Assembly (NCBI GenBank): GCA_040954595.2
Contig: CM082582.2
Coordinates: 12,917,777 to 12,981,776 of the forward strand
Length of the DNA stretch: 64,000 nucleotides
Direction of reading: 5' to 3'
From: Balanoglossus misakiensis
Taxonomy: Eukaryota; Animalia; Hemichordata
The position numbers were made by a program, and so were the translations under genes. Of the stretch, positions 1 through 11,994 are shown in pieces (positions within the stretch are counted from its first letter, which is position 1; every line of letters begins with the position of its first letter). The notes under the pieces are model-generated. The model had not been told where the DNA came from. It did no database searches and saw nothing but the letters and a program-made list of their open reading frames with translations.

Positions 1-273
1 CAGAACTAACAGCTCTGGCCAGAAACCAAAGAATGTAACCTTTTCCTCCAAACTGAACATTCCTCTCTTCCAGTCAAGAGACAAAGATATAAATATATAT
101 TTCAACAAGTTAAAGTGGCATTTTAATGATATAGCTTGAGAGTTTTTCATAGTTCTGTAATTTGTAAGATTTAGACTTCCGTTATCTTCTGGTTGTAACT
201 TGTTCACCCAGAAAGATGCATCCAATGCTTTCACAATGTTATAATCCATAATCATAACATTATTTCCCTGCAG

Positions 274-631
274 ATCCACTACAGTCGGGCTTCCAAAAGT
301 TAAAAAGGACAAGTTGTCCGTGTTCAACTTCTTGAGCACAGCATGGGAACAGCCAAGCCAACAGACGGTACAACAGACTGCTCCATCGTCTCAACTCGCT
401 CTGCCAGCGCCAGTGACTACCACTCCATTGAACCTCTTCTCCAACATCCCTGAGCAGAAACAGCCACCATCGGCATCAGGAACGACATCTGGAATTCCAG
501 CGTCTTCCCATGTCAAACCACCAAGTTTCATCAGTCATGGAATAGCATCACAGACTGATGGAGCATCGAGTGATAAGGTTGCTGTGGCAATTGCCTCCCA
601 TTCTTCCTTCGAAGGCAGCCAAGCAACAGAG
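274..631 (+). CDS. GPATCH1: GPATCH1 internal exon (STTVGLPKVKKDKLSVFNFL...QATE)
   Basis: Acceptor ttccctgcag ends at 273; donor GAG|gtaagt at 632; open frame matches ORF 314..673. Confidence 0.88.
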
Positions 632-3600
632 GTAAGTGCTGGAGACTGTGACTCAGCCTTTCTGTCTTGTTGAGATCAGATCAATAAATTGCCAACAAGG
701 AGTATTTGTTTCTTGAACCAGAACTAGCCATCCACCTGCAAAATTTAGAGTAGTCCAGAAACCGTCCAGCACAACAGGTTATTGTGAGCAGAAATGGCCA
801 AATGAGCAGAGTCCCTTCTTCTGTGGCATCCTGCAGAAAACAATGAAAATGTCGAACCAGGTATGCAGTGAATGCAATGTTTACAGAGGCAGTGACCAGC
901 CACGTGGGTGTCCTTTCATGTGCCTATACTCTTGACTGAATGGATGATTTGTGTGATCAGCATGCGACCATGGCAATAACCGATAAATCAATCTACTTCA
1001 AAGTGATTAGCATTCTAAGTACAGGCACCTTGTTCCACATCTTTTCTGTGGGTGTATAGACGTTCACTGACTTGGTTTTTTCTTCTAATTTTCTAACTTG
1101 ATTGTATTTCAGAAAAGTGCTACTCAGCCCGAAGAGGAACGACCGTCAATGGATTTGTTCAAGGCAATTTTTGAGGATTCTGAGAGTGAAAATAGTTCCT
1201 CAGAGCCATCGGATGATGAAGAAAGGATTGGGTCACCAGATGTAATTGATAATTCAAGCATCGCTGATGGTAAGGATATAGAGTCACACACATGCATGCA
1301 TTATCACATGCACACACGCATGTGCACACACACATGCACATCAATATATCTTGCATTCTAATAAAATCAAACTGATGTCCGTAGAGATCATGTATGCAGT
1401 ATATATGCAAGTATGTAGCCAATACTACAGAACAATACCCATTTGCACTATTGACTGGAAACTGAATAACTCTTCCTTTATTTCTTGTCAGATATGCAAG
1501 CAAAGGACGACGTCTCTCATCTTAGAAGTCAAAATGGAAATATAACAGACTCCTCCAACCTATCTACAAGAACAGGAATTTCTCATCAGTTATCGTCCAT
1601 ATTTGGAAGTGAAATGCTGACGTCAGAGAGAGCCTCCAAAAACCAAGAAACAGATTCAAACGATAGCTCAAGAAAAATAGCAAAATCCACTGAAAAAGAA
1701 ATGGAACACAGCCAGCCAAAGACTGACAAAGTCAATGTCTATGGACCTGCATTACCACCCACAATGCAACAGGGGCCATCATTTCCCACAATGCAACATG
1801 GGACATCGTTCTCCACTGAAAGAAAAGTTGCAGGAGACAGGACATTGTATGAAGGAAAAACACACAGCGATAGAAAACGAAAGCATCAAGAAGATGATTT
1901 ACAACACAGAAAACAAAAACACAAACACAAAGGAAAGGAGAAAGATAAACACAGTAAACACAAAGATAAAAAGGTAAACATGTACTTGTTTACTTCTGTC
2001 TGTCCAGATTTTGTTTTATACTATTAAACACAGGAGAATCCAAAATTCCACAAGTAAAAGAAATGACATAGACTTAATGTTTTATTGATCGAGTTAACTA
2101 TCTAGATGTAAAGTATAATTTGGAAAGTAATTTTAGAAGATTTGTTCTATTTTTCCTCAATTTCAGAAGAAATCCAAGAAAAGCAAACATAAACACAAAC
2201 ACAGTCATAAACACAAACATAAATCAAGACATAAGAATGCGGAAAGTGATGAAGATGCTGATGTTTGCAGTGATAGTGATTCTGAGGAAGAGAAACTTGA
2301 TAATGCTCATCTTCTCCAAAGGTAGGTTTTCAGTTTCAACCTATTGGCTGCAATGTCTATAAATTTCTATGTACATATAGTTTTGGTCCCCGTTTTGATT
2401 GATTCTATAGAAATGTGAAAATCTATAGAACGCACGGTGCAAAGTCTCCTCATAGCTACAGTAGCAGAAAGTGATGAATAGGTTGTCATTTACAAACTGA
2501 TATGGTGGCATTCTTCAAATCCTGTGAGAGTTCCAAGGAATGTAAGTGGAATTTTGTATAAGGGCGAGTGCATGAGCTCAGGGTCAGTTGCATACAATCA
2601 AATGTCTTGGAAGTGGATTGGTACGTATAAAGGTACCTTTTCATAACCCTTTCACCACCATGGTTCAGTCCAAACCCATTGTTTTCTCTGGTAGAGTTGG
2701 ACCTGTAAAGAGGGAACTAAGGGGGAATGGGTTAAGAGTGTTCAAGGTCAAACTATTACAGATCAAGTTGTTGCAAAACATGCAAACACTGTCATCTCCA
2801 AATTTTCCCAACTAGAGGACAATTCAAGACCAAGAGAATTTATTCACAGTTGAAAAAGAAATATTATCTATGCACTCTTTGCAAATAGATTCATCAAATC
2901 AGTTTAGCTATTGCTTGACCTTCAAAGTCTGTCATTTATTTCAGGTGAGGTCACAGCCCTTTTATGCCCGTAAACTGTCATCTGTCTGTAAGAGATGCTT
3001 TGTCCGTTCAAGGTCGCATATAAGACGTGTACATCTCAATCATCCAAGAGATAAGTCATGTACGCTCTCCCCCTAATTCTTAGTCTATGGGTTAAACCAT
3101 GCCATGGAAAATGTAGTCTGGAATCCCGACTAGTGTGTTCTTTAGAGAGAGTCTCTCTAAAAAAAAAACACCAATCTGGTTTCCAGACTATAGAAAATAG
3201 TGAGATGAAACCATCTCTATGATATGGTGAAAGGATTCAACTTCTGTTCCTAATTTGGTGATATCCTATATGCACTTCAAAACAGTGAGAAGTAAAGTGT
3301 CTTGGCTCAGGGGCTCAATATCACAGTCATGTCCAAGTCTTGATCTCACCATCATTTGATAGTGAATCAACAGCCATGCCCAGGTCTCAACACCCCCCCC
3401 CCCCCTCTTAGCAGTGTCCCTGCCATTGGACCCTGCCATTGGACCGCAAAGCCTCCATAACATCAATATCATATCATATCACTTTTATACTTATACAAAG
3501 AGAAACGTTTGAACTTGTTGTAAACATGTACTTGTCAACACATATTATTGTATGAGCATTGCAAAGACTATTATTGTGGTCACAGCATTGATAGCAGGGT

Positions 3601-4929
3601 TTGGACTCCTAGATTGTTCTTGAAGCTGTTGGTAGGTAATGAAAGTACCGCATCTAGTCTTACCATACAATGTACCTCGCAACAACTATTGAGGAAAAGA
3701 ATAAATTCTTGCCAGCGAAGTGACCTTTCATTCAGCTTGACATCATTCTTTCAATACATTCTGGCTGCAAAGATGACCTCAGGTTTTTAGACAACCCACG
3801 GCATGGTCACAGGTGTATTCAAGTCTATTATCCCTAAAGGCTATTGAGTTTGTCCTTGTGGGGAAGCTGTAGATGTGGTTAAGTGGCCATATGGTAACAT
3901 GACACTATAAGTTCATATGAACCTTCTATTTTCACAGCAGTCTTTTTACATCAGCATTTTAGTTACCATGGTCACTCAGAGTCCGGGTGACCAATGGATT
4001 GGGCTCCATCTCTCTGGAGCATATTAATGAGATGGGTGTGGACCAATTTCAGTCAAACTCGTTACAAGGATAATGTACTGTGACATATACGGTACATGCA
4101 AGTTGAATTGTTTTGCAATATGATCTAATGTGGCCACCAGACAGCCATAATGTTATGATCTGTTTCAAGTCCGGAATCATATTACAAATGTTTACAGATT
4201 GGCCTGAATTTATTTCATTCAGACATACGAACATATGGTGTATGGGGTACTTTTTAGTTTTACATTGGCCACTTCTGTCAGTCGGAGTCCAGTTGTAATT
4301 TTCTACCCACCTACCCACACAGATACTTCATATATTGGCTTTTGCCTCATGATTATGTTACGCATGTTTTCCAGCCTAGCATTACATTTAACACTGTCAC
4401 ACCCATTTGTGAGTTAGGTCTCTATGGTTGGCCTCGTTTCAACACTAGGCCAATCAGTCATTAACGTCTTCTCTTTTCAACACCTCAAAATTACGGCCAG
4501 ACTTCAAGCAGAGGGGAGCTTTGTGTTGCCATACCAAGTATTAATGTTCCGCAAAGGGGAATTCATAAAAAGTCTGTGTTCTTCATAGTGCAGCTTGATT
4601 TATTGTTTCTCGTATGTTCTCACCTTCACTGAACTTTTGTTTTGAGTTTAACTGAAGCCATCCTATTCTAGATATTTTAATACCAATACCAGGCATTATT
4701 GAAATTCTCCTCTGTCTGCTATGGACACCAGAGACGATATCACTTTTCAATTTACTGGCAAATAACCCTAGACTACTCTTGACTAAATTCTAAGAGACTT
4801 TTACAAGCTTTGCACACAGGCATGTATAAGTTTACAAGTGTTGATATATTGTCATTTTTCCCCATTTCTCCTTACAGGTTGAAAAGTTTACCGTCGCACA
4901 GAAGACCGACAGCTGCTGACTTCATGTAA
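274..4929 (+). CDS. GPATCH1: G patch domain-containing protein 1, 3' part (spliced; 5' exons lie upstream of the window)
   Basis: Exons 274-631, 1113-1269, 1492-1973, 2167-2321 and 4878-4929 have AG/GT boundaries with compatible phases (0,1,0,2). The translation contains motifs I recognise from GPATCH1: VGLPKVKKDKLSVFNFL, RPSMDLFKAIF plus an acidic/Ser run, YGPALPP, a K/H-rich tail and C-terminal RLKSLPSHRRPTAADFM* (TAA 4927-4929). Confidence 0.9.
1113..1269 (+). CDS. GPATCH1: GPATCH1 internal exon (KSATQPEEERPSMDLFKAIFEDSE...)
   Basis: tttcag acceptor, G|gtaagg donor, conserved RPSMDLFKAIF motif. Confidence 0.9.
1492..1973 (+). CDS. GPATCH1: GPATCH1 internal exon (low complexity, YGPALPP, start of Lys/His-rich region)
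   Basis: Pyrimidine tract plus cag at 1489-1491; AAG|gtaaac donor; frame of ORF 1485..2027. Confidence 0.85.
2167..2321 (+). CDS. GPATCH1: GPATCH1 penultimate exon (KKSKKSKHKHKHSHKHKHKSRH...SDSDSEEE)
   Basis: tttcag acceptor, AG|gtaggt donor, basic then acidic composition typical of this tail. Confidence 0.85.
2643..2735 (+). mobile_element. About 90-bp TTAA-flanked MITE (piggyBac-like ends), copy 1
   Basis: TAACCCTTTCACCACCATGGTTCAGTCCAAACCCATTGTTTTC...GGGTTAA; homologous to 16885-16962, 21495-21587 and, inverted, 36939-37030 and 38574-38651. Confidence 0.7.
3114..3190. mobile_element. Short imperfect palindromic MITE-like element
   Basis: TAGTCTGGAA...TTTAGAGAGA-G-TCTCTCTAAA...TTCCAGACTA; flanks TGGAAAATG / TAGAAAATA resemble a decayed 9-bp TSD. 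Confidence 0.6.
4878..4929 (+). CDS. GPATCH1: GPATCH1 last coding exon (RLKSLPSHRRPTAADFM*)
   Basis: ctccttacag acceptor, phase-2 join to the previous exon, TAA stop. Confidence 0.85.
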
Positions 4930-5201
4930 TGTGCTCAGAAAGGTTCAGACAGCACCACACAAAGATCTAATGTCCGGAAATAACCCTTGGACGTTCTACC
5001 ATTCCAGGTCTATTATTGATCCTTTGAATCTGTAACTGGATAGCACTGGTACATCAACAACATGAGTGGCACACCTTGCAAGTTGCCACCAGTTTTAAGT
5101 GCAGTGACCTTTTGATGTATTTCAACAGAGTGAAATAGTTTGTAACAGCCTAGAGACAATCAACTCCAGACTTCAGTCTGCACTCCTGTCTGAAGAAAAG
5201 A

Positions 5202-5357
5202 AATAAAACTTTCAAATGGCGGTCTGTACAAACAGCTACAAAAGATGGTGTATTATGTAAAGTTGACCGCTTTCCGACCTTTAAAGAATTCTTGTCACTG
5301 GCATGAGAAAGATCACAATAGTAAAAGCAGCCAGGTTACATTTATTACATCAATAAA
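5202..5357 (+). promoter_or_regulatory. Candidate polyadenylation signals of GPATCH1
   Basis: AATAAA at 5202-5207 and 5352-5357 downstream of the stop codon; which one is used cannot be told. Confidence 0.35.
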
Positions 5358-6167
5358 CAGCATTTGTCAGGTTAAATCTTTATCAACCAGACAGTGAAAG
5401 GTGGTTACTGTTGTGTCTTAAAAGCTTATATATTTTTCAAGATATAATGTATATCTGTGATGCTATCAATGGATTGAAAGTACATTTGGCTAATGATAAG
5501 TCTTTGAAACAAACTATGTACATTTGTGCATGATTCATTAGTCATGTGTTTTTATCAAATTGAAAGTCCATGGTACATGAGATTCCAACCTCCCTTTTCA
5601 CTATTTTTATTTCTCAACTGTCTTTCAGTGAGGTCAGGGGTCAAAAGGTACTTCAGCAGTCAGTAATGACACCAGTGCACACAAAGGGAAGTAAAACACT
5701 GGTCCACATGGTTGAAATACTGAAATAGACATAGTGTAGTGGTTTAGGAGTTCAAGGGATCAAGTTCAAGTCTTGGTGTGTGACTTTACAGAAAGAAACT
5801 TACTTGGCAGCAAAACTGAGGGGTGTCAAAGATAGAAATAAAACACTAGGAAAGCACAACGAAGAACACTTAATGGTGAACAGATTTCCTGTATTTTCAT
5901 ATCTGATTGTGAATTAGTGCAGAAACCACTTGTCTGATTTTGCCAAGCAGTGCTATGTCAAGAGTTTACTGCAGAACACCCGAAGGAGTTTTGTTTTTTC
6001 ATCCGGTGCCAACTTCCATGTATAGGCTAAGTTTGACCTTTTCACCTCCTTACCTCACAGAAAGACAATAGAGGAATGTTTCAAAAGGCTTGACAGATGA
6101 ATTCTTTGTAACAGAGCCAGACTGAAGATTTAAAGTTCCTTTAAAGTATGTGATTGATAACCTGAGT

Positions 6168-6836
6168 CCATCTACTAGGCAAACCAGAACGAACAAAAAA
6201 TCGCCAGAAAATCGAGATTGACTGAAAGGTCCAGAACAATCAAGATGGCGTCGGGCCATCCATGTTTTTAACTCTATGGTATTTTTGCATCTACTGAGAT
6301 CAGTATATAGACACATTTCAAAACCGCCACCTCTTTTATAACACAAGGCAGTCATTTGGGGGGACTGTGGTATAAATGGCACCCTGTAGGGCTTCTTATG
6401 GGTTGAAAATCAAGTGCTACTTACTGCCAAAGTGGTACTAAAATGTGTATGTAATATGCTTTGAAAGTTTTAAGTTTTGGAAGAATTAGAGTTTATTGCC
6501 GAATCGTATGACATCTTGATATCCGAATAATAAAAATGAAAACCCCGAGTGAACGCAAAAAACACACGAAAAAAGGGTCAAAAAGTTAGTGTCTCCAAAC
6601 ACAATGAATGCGCTCGTGTCGCCATTTTGGAAATCTTTGGATCGACCAGTGGATCATTTTTTGTGCTTTTATTGCAAAAAAAAGAATACTTATACATCGC
6701 AATTCATGAAAAGTCCGTCAAAGTCCTTTCAGTTGTATTTCAAATCACGCATTGTAAAAAAAGTCCTCAGTAAATGCCATCTACTAGGCAAACCAGAACG
6801 AATAAAAAATCGCTAGAAAAACCGAGATTGATTGAA
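6168..6836. repeat. About 60-bp direct repeats (6168-6226, 6777-6836) bracketing about 550 bp of intergenic DNA
   Basis: CCATCTACTAGGCAAACCAGAACGAA(C/T)AAAAAATCGC(C/T)AGAAAA..CGAGATTGA(C/T)TGAA occurs twice. Confidence 0.8.
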
Positions 6837-8810
6837 TAATATGACATTTGAATAACTGATGAACTCAAATGTTCAACAATGCACGTAACGACACGTCTGC
6901 TCAGCTCCAGTTGAATGGATTATGTTATAGTTAAAACCTAAACCAAACTCTGAAAGCCCATAACTTTTTATGGTTTAGAGTCTCTTTGTCACATCCCCTG
7001 ATGTACACAATACATTGTTTCATTCCTATTGAATTATTCCCAAAGCTTAGTTACCATTCTGCCCCTCCCAGTATGCTGAAGGTACAGAAGGGCGGTGTCT
7101 TCACTGTGTGTGTATGTGTGTGCACGTGCACGTGCATGCACCCACTCCTGCATCAGTCCACCCATATGTCTGTCTGTCTCTCTCTCTCTCTGTACATGCA
7201 TCAGTTTTCCCTAAATGAAGAGATGTTTAAATCAACTGTGAATTTTGAACACGTATGACAAATGTTGTCCTCGGAAAGGGAGGCGATTTTAATATGCATC
7301 TAACATACTACATCTAACACGGATTACTTGGACGAACAAGTGCCGGGTTCGTCTCTAACAGTCAAAACATTCATCATCCTAAAATAGAGAGAATTATCTG
7401 GGCGTGGCGGAATCCCAAAAGTCTGAACAAAGGCCTCCGAAAGAATCTTGTACTATAAAATTTAACTACAGATTAACAAACAAGGAAACAACGTCGACCA
7501 ATTCATTTTAATCATTCTCAAAGAGAGGGAAGTGCATTATTGATAATGGCCATGGTTTGTAATAGCCAATAATAATTCCCGGTGCGGGAGAGTCAGGTCT
7601 CGAACAAATACACAACCCTTCTATTTTACCGGGCAACTCTATATGAAATGGAATGCACACACCTTTCAACGGAAATGATCGGGTTTACTTTTTTCAACCT
7701 TGAACGAACGAATGAACGAACGAATGAATGAATGAATGAGTAAGAATTAGGCCGACTTAACGCTAATGCAGGTTTCTGTGGACATATGACCATTTGCTGG
7801 TCCATAATACTTTTGACCTGATGAAACGTTATCCGACTAAGTACTCAGGTTGTTGACATATCGTCTGAACCAGTTCATGATACTGTTCCGTTTCTTTTTA
7901 AGTCTATATCTTTGTCGTTGCAATAAAGTTATTCAAAATATTGGCTTCGCGTTATATCATTTGATGCTTTGAAACGGCATATCGTGACATGTGTACCCAG
8001 TGTCTTCGGAAAGCGGAAAAAGATAGACCGCAATATACTATAGAAAAGAAGAGTGACTATTATAATAGATGACGTTTTGTCTTTCTTTTCACATGTTATA
8101 ACCTGGTCATTACAGTGATGTATGATTGCACTTGTATTCGCTATGGTTGGCTTTTACTGTAGGTTCAGTTTTGGACACGCAAGGTAATTCCTCGCCGATT
8201 TCTATGATGTGGCCGAAAGCTCAATACGGATCGTGCATTTTGATTCAAACATGTGCACCCTGTAGAAATGTGATGCCATCACGAATTTTGTCAGTCAAAG
8301 GTCTTTCTCCTCAGTCCGTGGATAGCAAGGTTAAGGTCAAATAAAGGAGTTACATGCTTGCCACACACCTTTTCATCATCACCAGATCTGCTTCTACCAC
8401 ATGACTTAGGATTGTATAGGTTTAATGAACCTTTTTTGCGTGGCAGCGGATTTGCTTTTCCATGATAGTAGTAATCCCTTGAAGGTGGGCTGCACATTGA
8501 GACTTTTCGGGTCAATGGATCGCTACTAGTGTGTCCTGAATAAAAATTGATGGAAGAATCACATTGGGAAAGTTCACTGACAATCCAATATTGGAAAGTT
8601 CTCTTTCCACTTTGAAATTGGCCTAACAATCCATCCGCTCGCTTCCCAAACGTAAATTGACCTGAGAGTTGCGTTTGTTTAATATTTAAGTACAGTTTTA
8701 CCTACTTGAAGGAAAGATTCTCCGACCTGAAAGTGATTCGGTGATTGTTTTCTTTCGACTTCAAGTAGAGACGTTTTGTAATAGCTCTACCTTTGTTGTT
8801 TAAGGGATTC

Positions 8811-8895
8811 CGTGGCCAATAAGAAGTGACGTCTAGTCACCTTTTTGTTCGTCCCACACAGTGATGTTTGCATTTATTACCGTAACAATAGGATT
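8811..8895 (+). promoter_or_regulatory. Possible proximal promoter of the EGF-array gene
   Basis: CCAAT (8816-8820), CRE-like TGACGTC (8827-8833) and Sox-like AACAAT within about 220 bp of the ATG at 9029. Short motifs only. Confidence 0.25.
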
Positions 8896-9028
8896 TTTTT
8901 ACGCGCCCGGACCAAGCTTAGCCCAAACACGGTGTACATGTTACTCCGGAGTACAACACGGCAAGAAAAAGAAATCTGGTGCAGTTGATGAGACTAGATC
9001 TTGGAATTCATAGGAATTCACACCAGAC

Positions 9029-9089
9029 ATGTGGTTGTCTGCTTGTGTGTTAGTAGCTGCCACGCTTGTGGCGTGGACCGATGCACAAG
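9029..9089 (+). CDS. Exon 1: signal peptide [20 protein letters not shown]
   Basis: ATG 9029, hydrophobic core, T-D-A|Q cleavage-like site, consensus CAAG|gtaagt donor in phase 1 matching the downstream exons. Confidence 0.85.
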
Positions 9090-11730
9090 GTAAGTATGTC
9101 GTCTTAAGTATTTATATTGCAGGTTAGCGACCAGTCGAGAGTGAAAGTTATGCCACTGTTTAACACAGCCGCGCCCACAAGATATTATCCTGCCGTGACC
9201 ATAGAAAGAAACGCTGGTTCTCAAAATCCCGACAGAAAATAAATGAGCGATTTTCTTCACCAGTGAAGTCAGATATATATTGAACTAGCAGCAAACTTTC
9301 ATATTATTGCTGGGAGGCCCCGTGACAATGTGAAGGCCAGTTTGAAAAACGTAAACCATGTGGCCACACCTGAAAACCTGCTGTGAGACTGTTAATAGAA
9401 GGCTACAGTCGGGACAGACGCTAAGCATGCGGCTGGAACAAGGCATCTTGATATCACTGGATCGGTGTAAAATCAAATGAACAGTTGCTGTGGCTGATCT
9501 CTGCAGACAATTAATCTCATGTTTGACTAAGGTATTGCAGTGGTATAGAAGTAAACCAAAAGATTAAGCTCACAATTGTTTAGAAACGGAAGCCTAAACG
9601 ATCGTCGATGTCAACTTTGTCTGAAGGCCTAAGGCATGTTTGGATGGGTCCAGACACGGACGCAAAAGACAATGGCCAAAACAAAGCCTTGTTATCATAA
9701 TTATTTTGTGTGACAAAACAAAACAATGTGACATCAAAACACACAGAGTGTAAGTATTCTTGCGTAAGAATTAAGTAACTAAACAGTTTTAGATTGTTAG
9801 AGTGAACACTTATGCTGCATATCCTCAAATAATTGATAACTTATAGTGAAATTTGCAACATACGTTAATTTCAGCCATAAAAAATCCGACCGTAATAATT
9901 TTATGAGATTTAACGAAGGGAATAACTTCATGCGGTATTGGGCGAGTTTGACGCTACGTAATGGTCCTTGGGTAGCTCACAACATCCGTTTGGTAATGTA
10001 GTTCTCAATGTCACGCCCTGTTATTACACAAACGGTACAGGGCATCTCTGTGTACGGGTTAATTCTATCAACTCTGTAGTGGACATAGGCTTACACGCTG
10101 CTGGGTGTAAAATAGCAATTTGAAAAATATCAAAAAGAGTATTCATGTTGGTCTTATCAAAAACAAAAGAAAAACGTCTTTTCACCATCAGCTTTTCCCC
10201 CCTTTGACCTAGGTAGTCACAGGTCATTATATTGTCCATCTTGGCAAAACGCTTTGCTTACCCAGAAGTGCGCGTAATATTAAATCGCCTACCAATTGAC
10301 AAGAATCGTACGTATTAACGCTTAGGTACCTAACAACTCCTTCTAAAGGGGGCTGATCGAATGCCCTGGGCAAAACTCTAGGGGCAAACAATACATCCCT
10401 TGTCTTTAGCACATAACTAACTGTTCGTTAGAAACAAAAGTGAAAAAATCAGATATACTGCACTGTGTATCTCCCCTTCTAATCCGTGGCGATTAGAATT
10501 AGAGCACATATAGCATCAGTGTTCTATCCAGAGCAATTAAAGCATAGATATTTAATTAGCATAACACTTGTTTATATTGTAATGCAAATTAGCCGGTACT
10601 CTATCAGAAATTCCCGAGGAGAACACTGAACATTAATATCTCTTATATTTTATTTTTAAACCTCCCTGCTTTTCAATTATCAATATACCGCTGGACATGG
10701 GACAATACAATCGTGGATAGGTCTGTATCTTAATACATCTTAAATCTTTAAATTTCAGCTTGTGATCCGAACCCGTGCCCCAACCAGCTACCATGCGTAG
10801 AACGACCCAATCCATACCAACAGGATCATCCCCAATATATCTGCGAGTGCTCCGGTATCTGGACCATGGGACCAACATGTGAATTTCAAGGTAATGTATA
10901 AACTTTTTTTCTGTGATATCTAAACATTTTTATTTCAAATATTATCATGTCACTAAGGTTTTTGATTCTGAAAATTATTTCTGACTTTAATAACCCTTTA
11001 TTTTCGTTATTTCTAGCATTCGCAATTCATCGGTCAATACAGACCTGTTATGGAAGCAACTGTGAAACTAATTATTTCGAGTCACCAAACTATCCAACCC
11101 CGTATAATTCACGTGATGCCGTTTTGTACCTGGCGTATATTCCTGGGGCTCAATCAATTACAATTTCCTTTGCTACACCGTTCATGGTTGAATTGTTTAA
11201 GGACGAGTTGTTCATAGGTCCTGGGTTAGAATACCTCGAAAGTCATCTTCTCAATGTCACAATTCCCGGGGTGAAATACTTCTACGACGGATACGATGTG
11301 CCGCCGCCACTCACTATCCAAGGAGACACCTTCTGGGCGCTTTTTTCCACTGACAGAAACATCCAGTTTGCAGGATTTCGCATATCATGGAGTGCGGGTA
11401 AGTTTTTGCTAGTGTTATTTCGTTCACGTTTTGTAATTGGCTCTTTCAAATGCAGGGCAGCAGAGACTAGTAGGTCAATTTCATGCCGACCTCTGGCCTT
11501 ACTCTAGTCTACAAACTTTTATAGGCCTTCGTGTTTTATCGTTTTTGCTCACTCGAGCTCAGTGACGCGAAGGCTAGGTTCTATACTATAAAACTTTGAC
11601 TTGTGGGCATGGATTAGCATGAGCATGGATATTTGTAATTGACAGAAACCATCACCCACCATATATTTGCTATCAATAAGGTATCGACTCTACCAGTTTT
11701 CAGTTCTGAATTTTTTAAAAGTCAGCTAAC

Positions 11731-11816
<86 letters not shown>

Positions 11817-11817
11817 T

Positions 11818-11906
<89 letters not shown>

Positions 11907-11907
11907 T

Positions 11908-11994
<87 letters not shown>

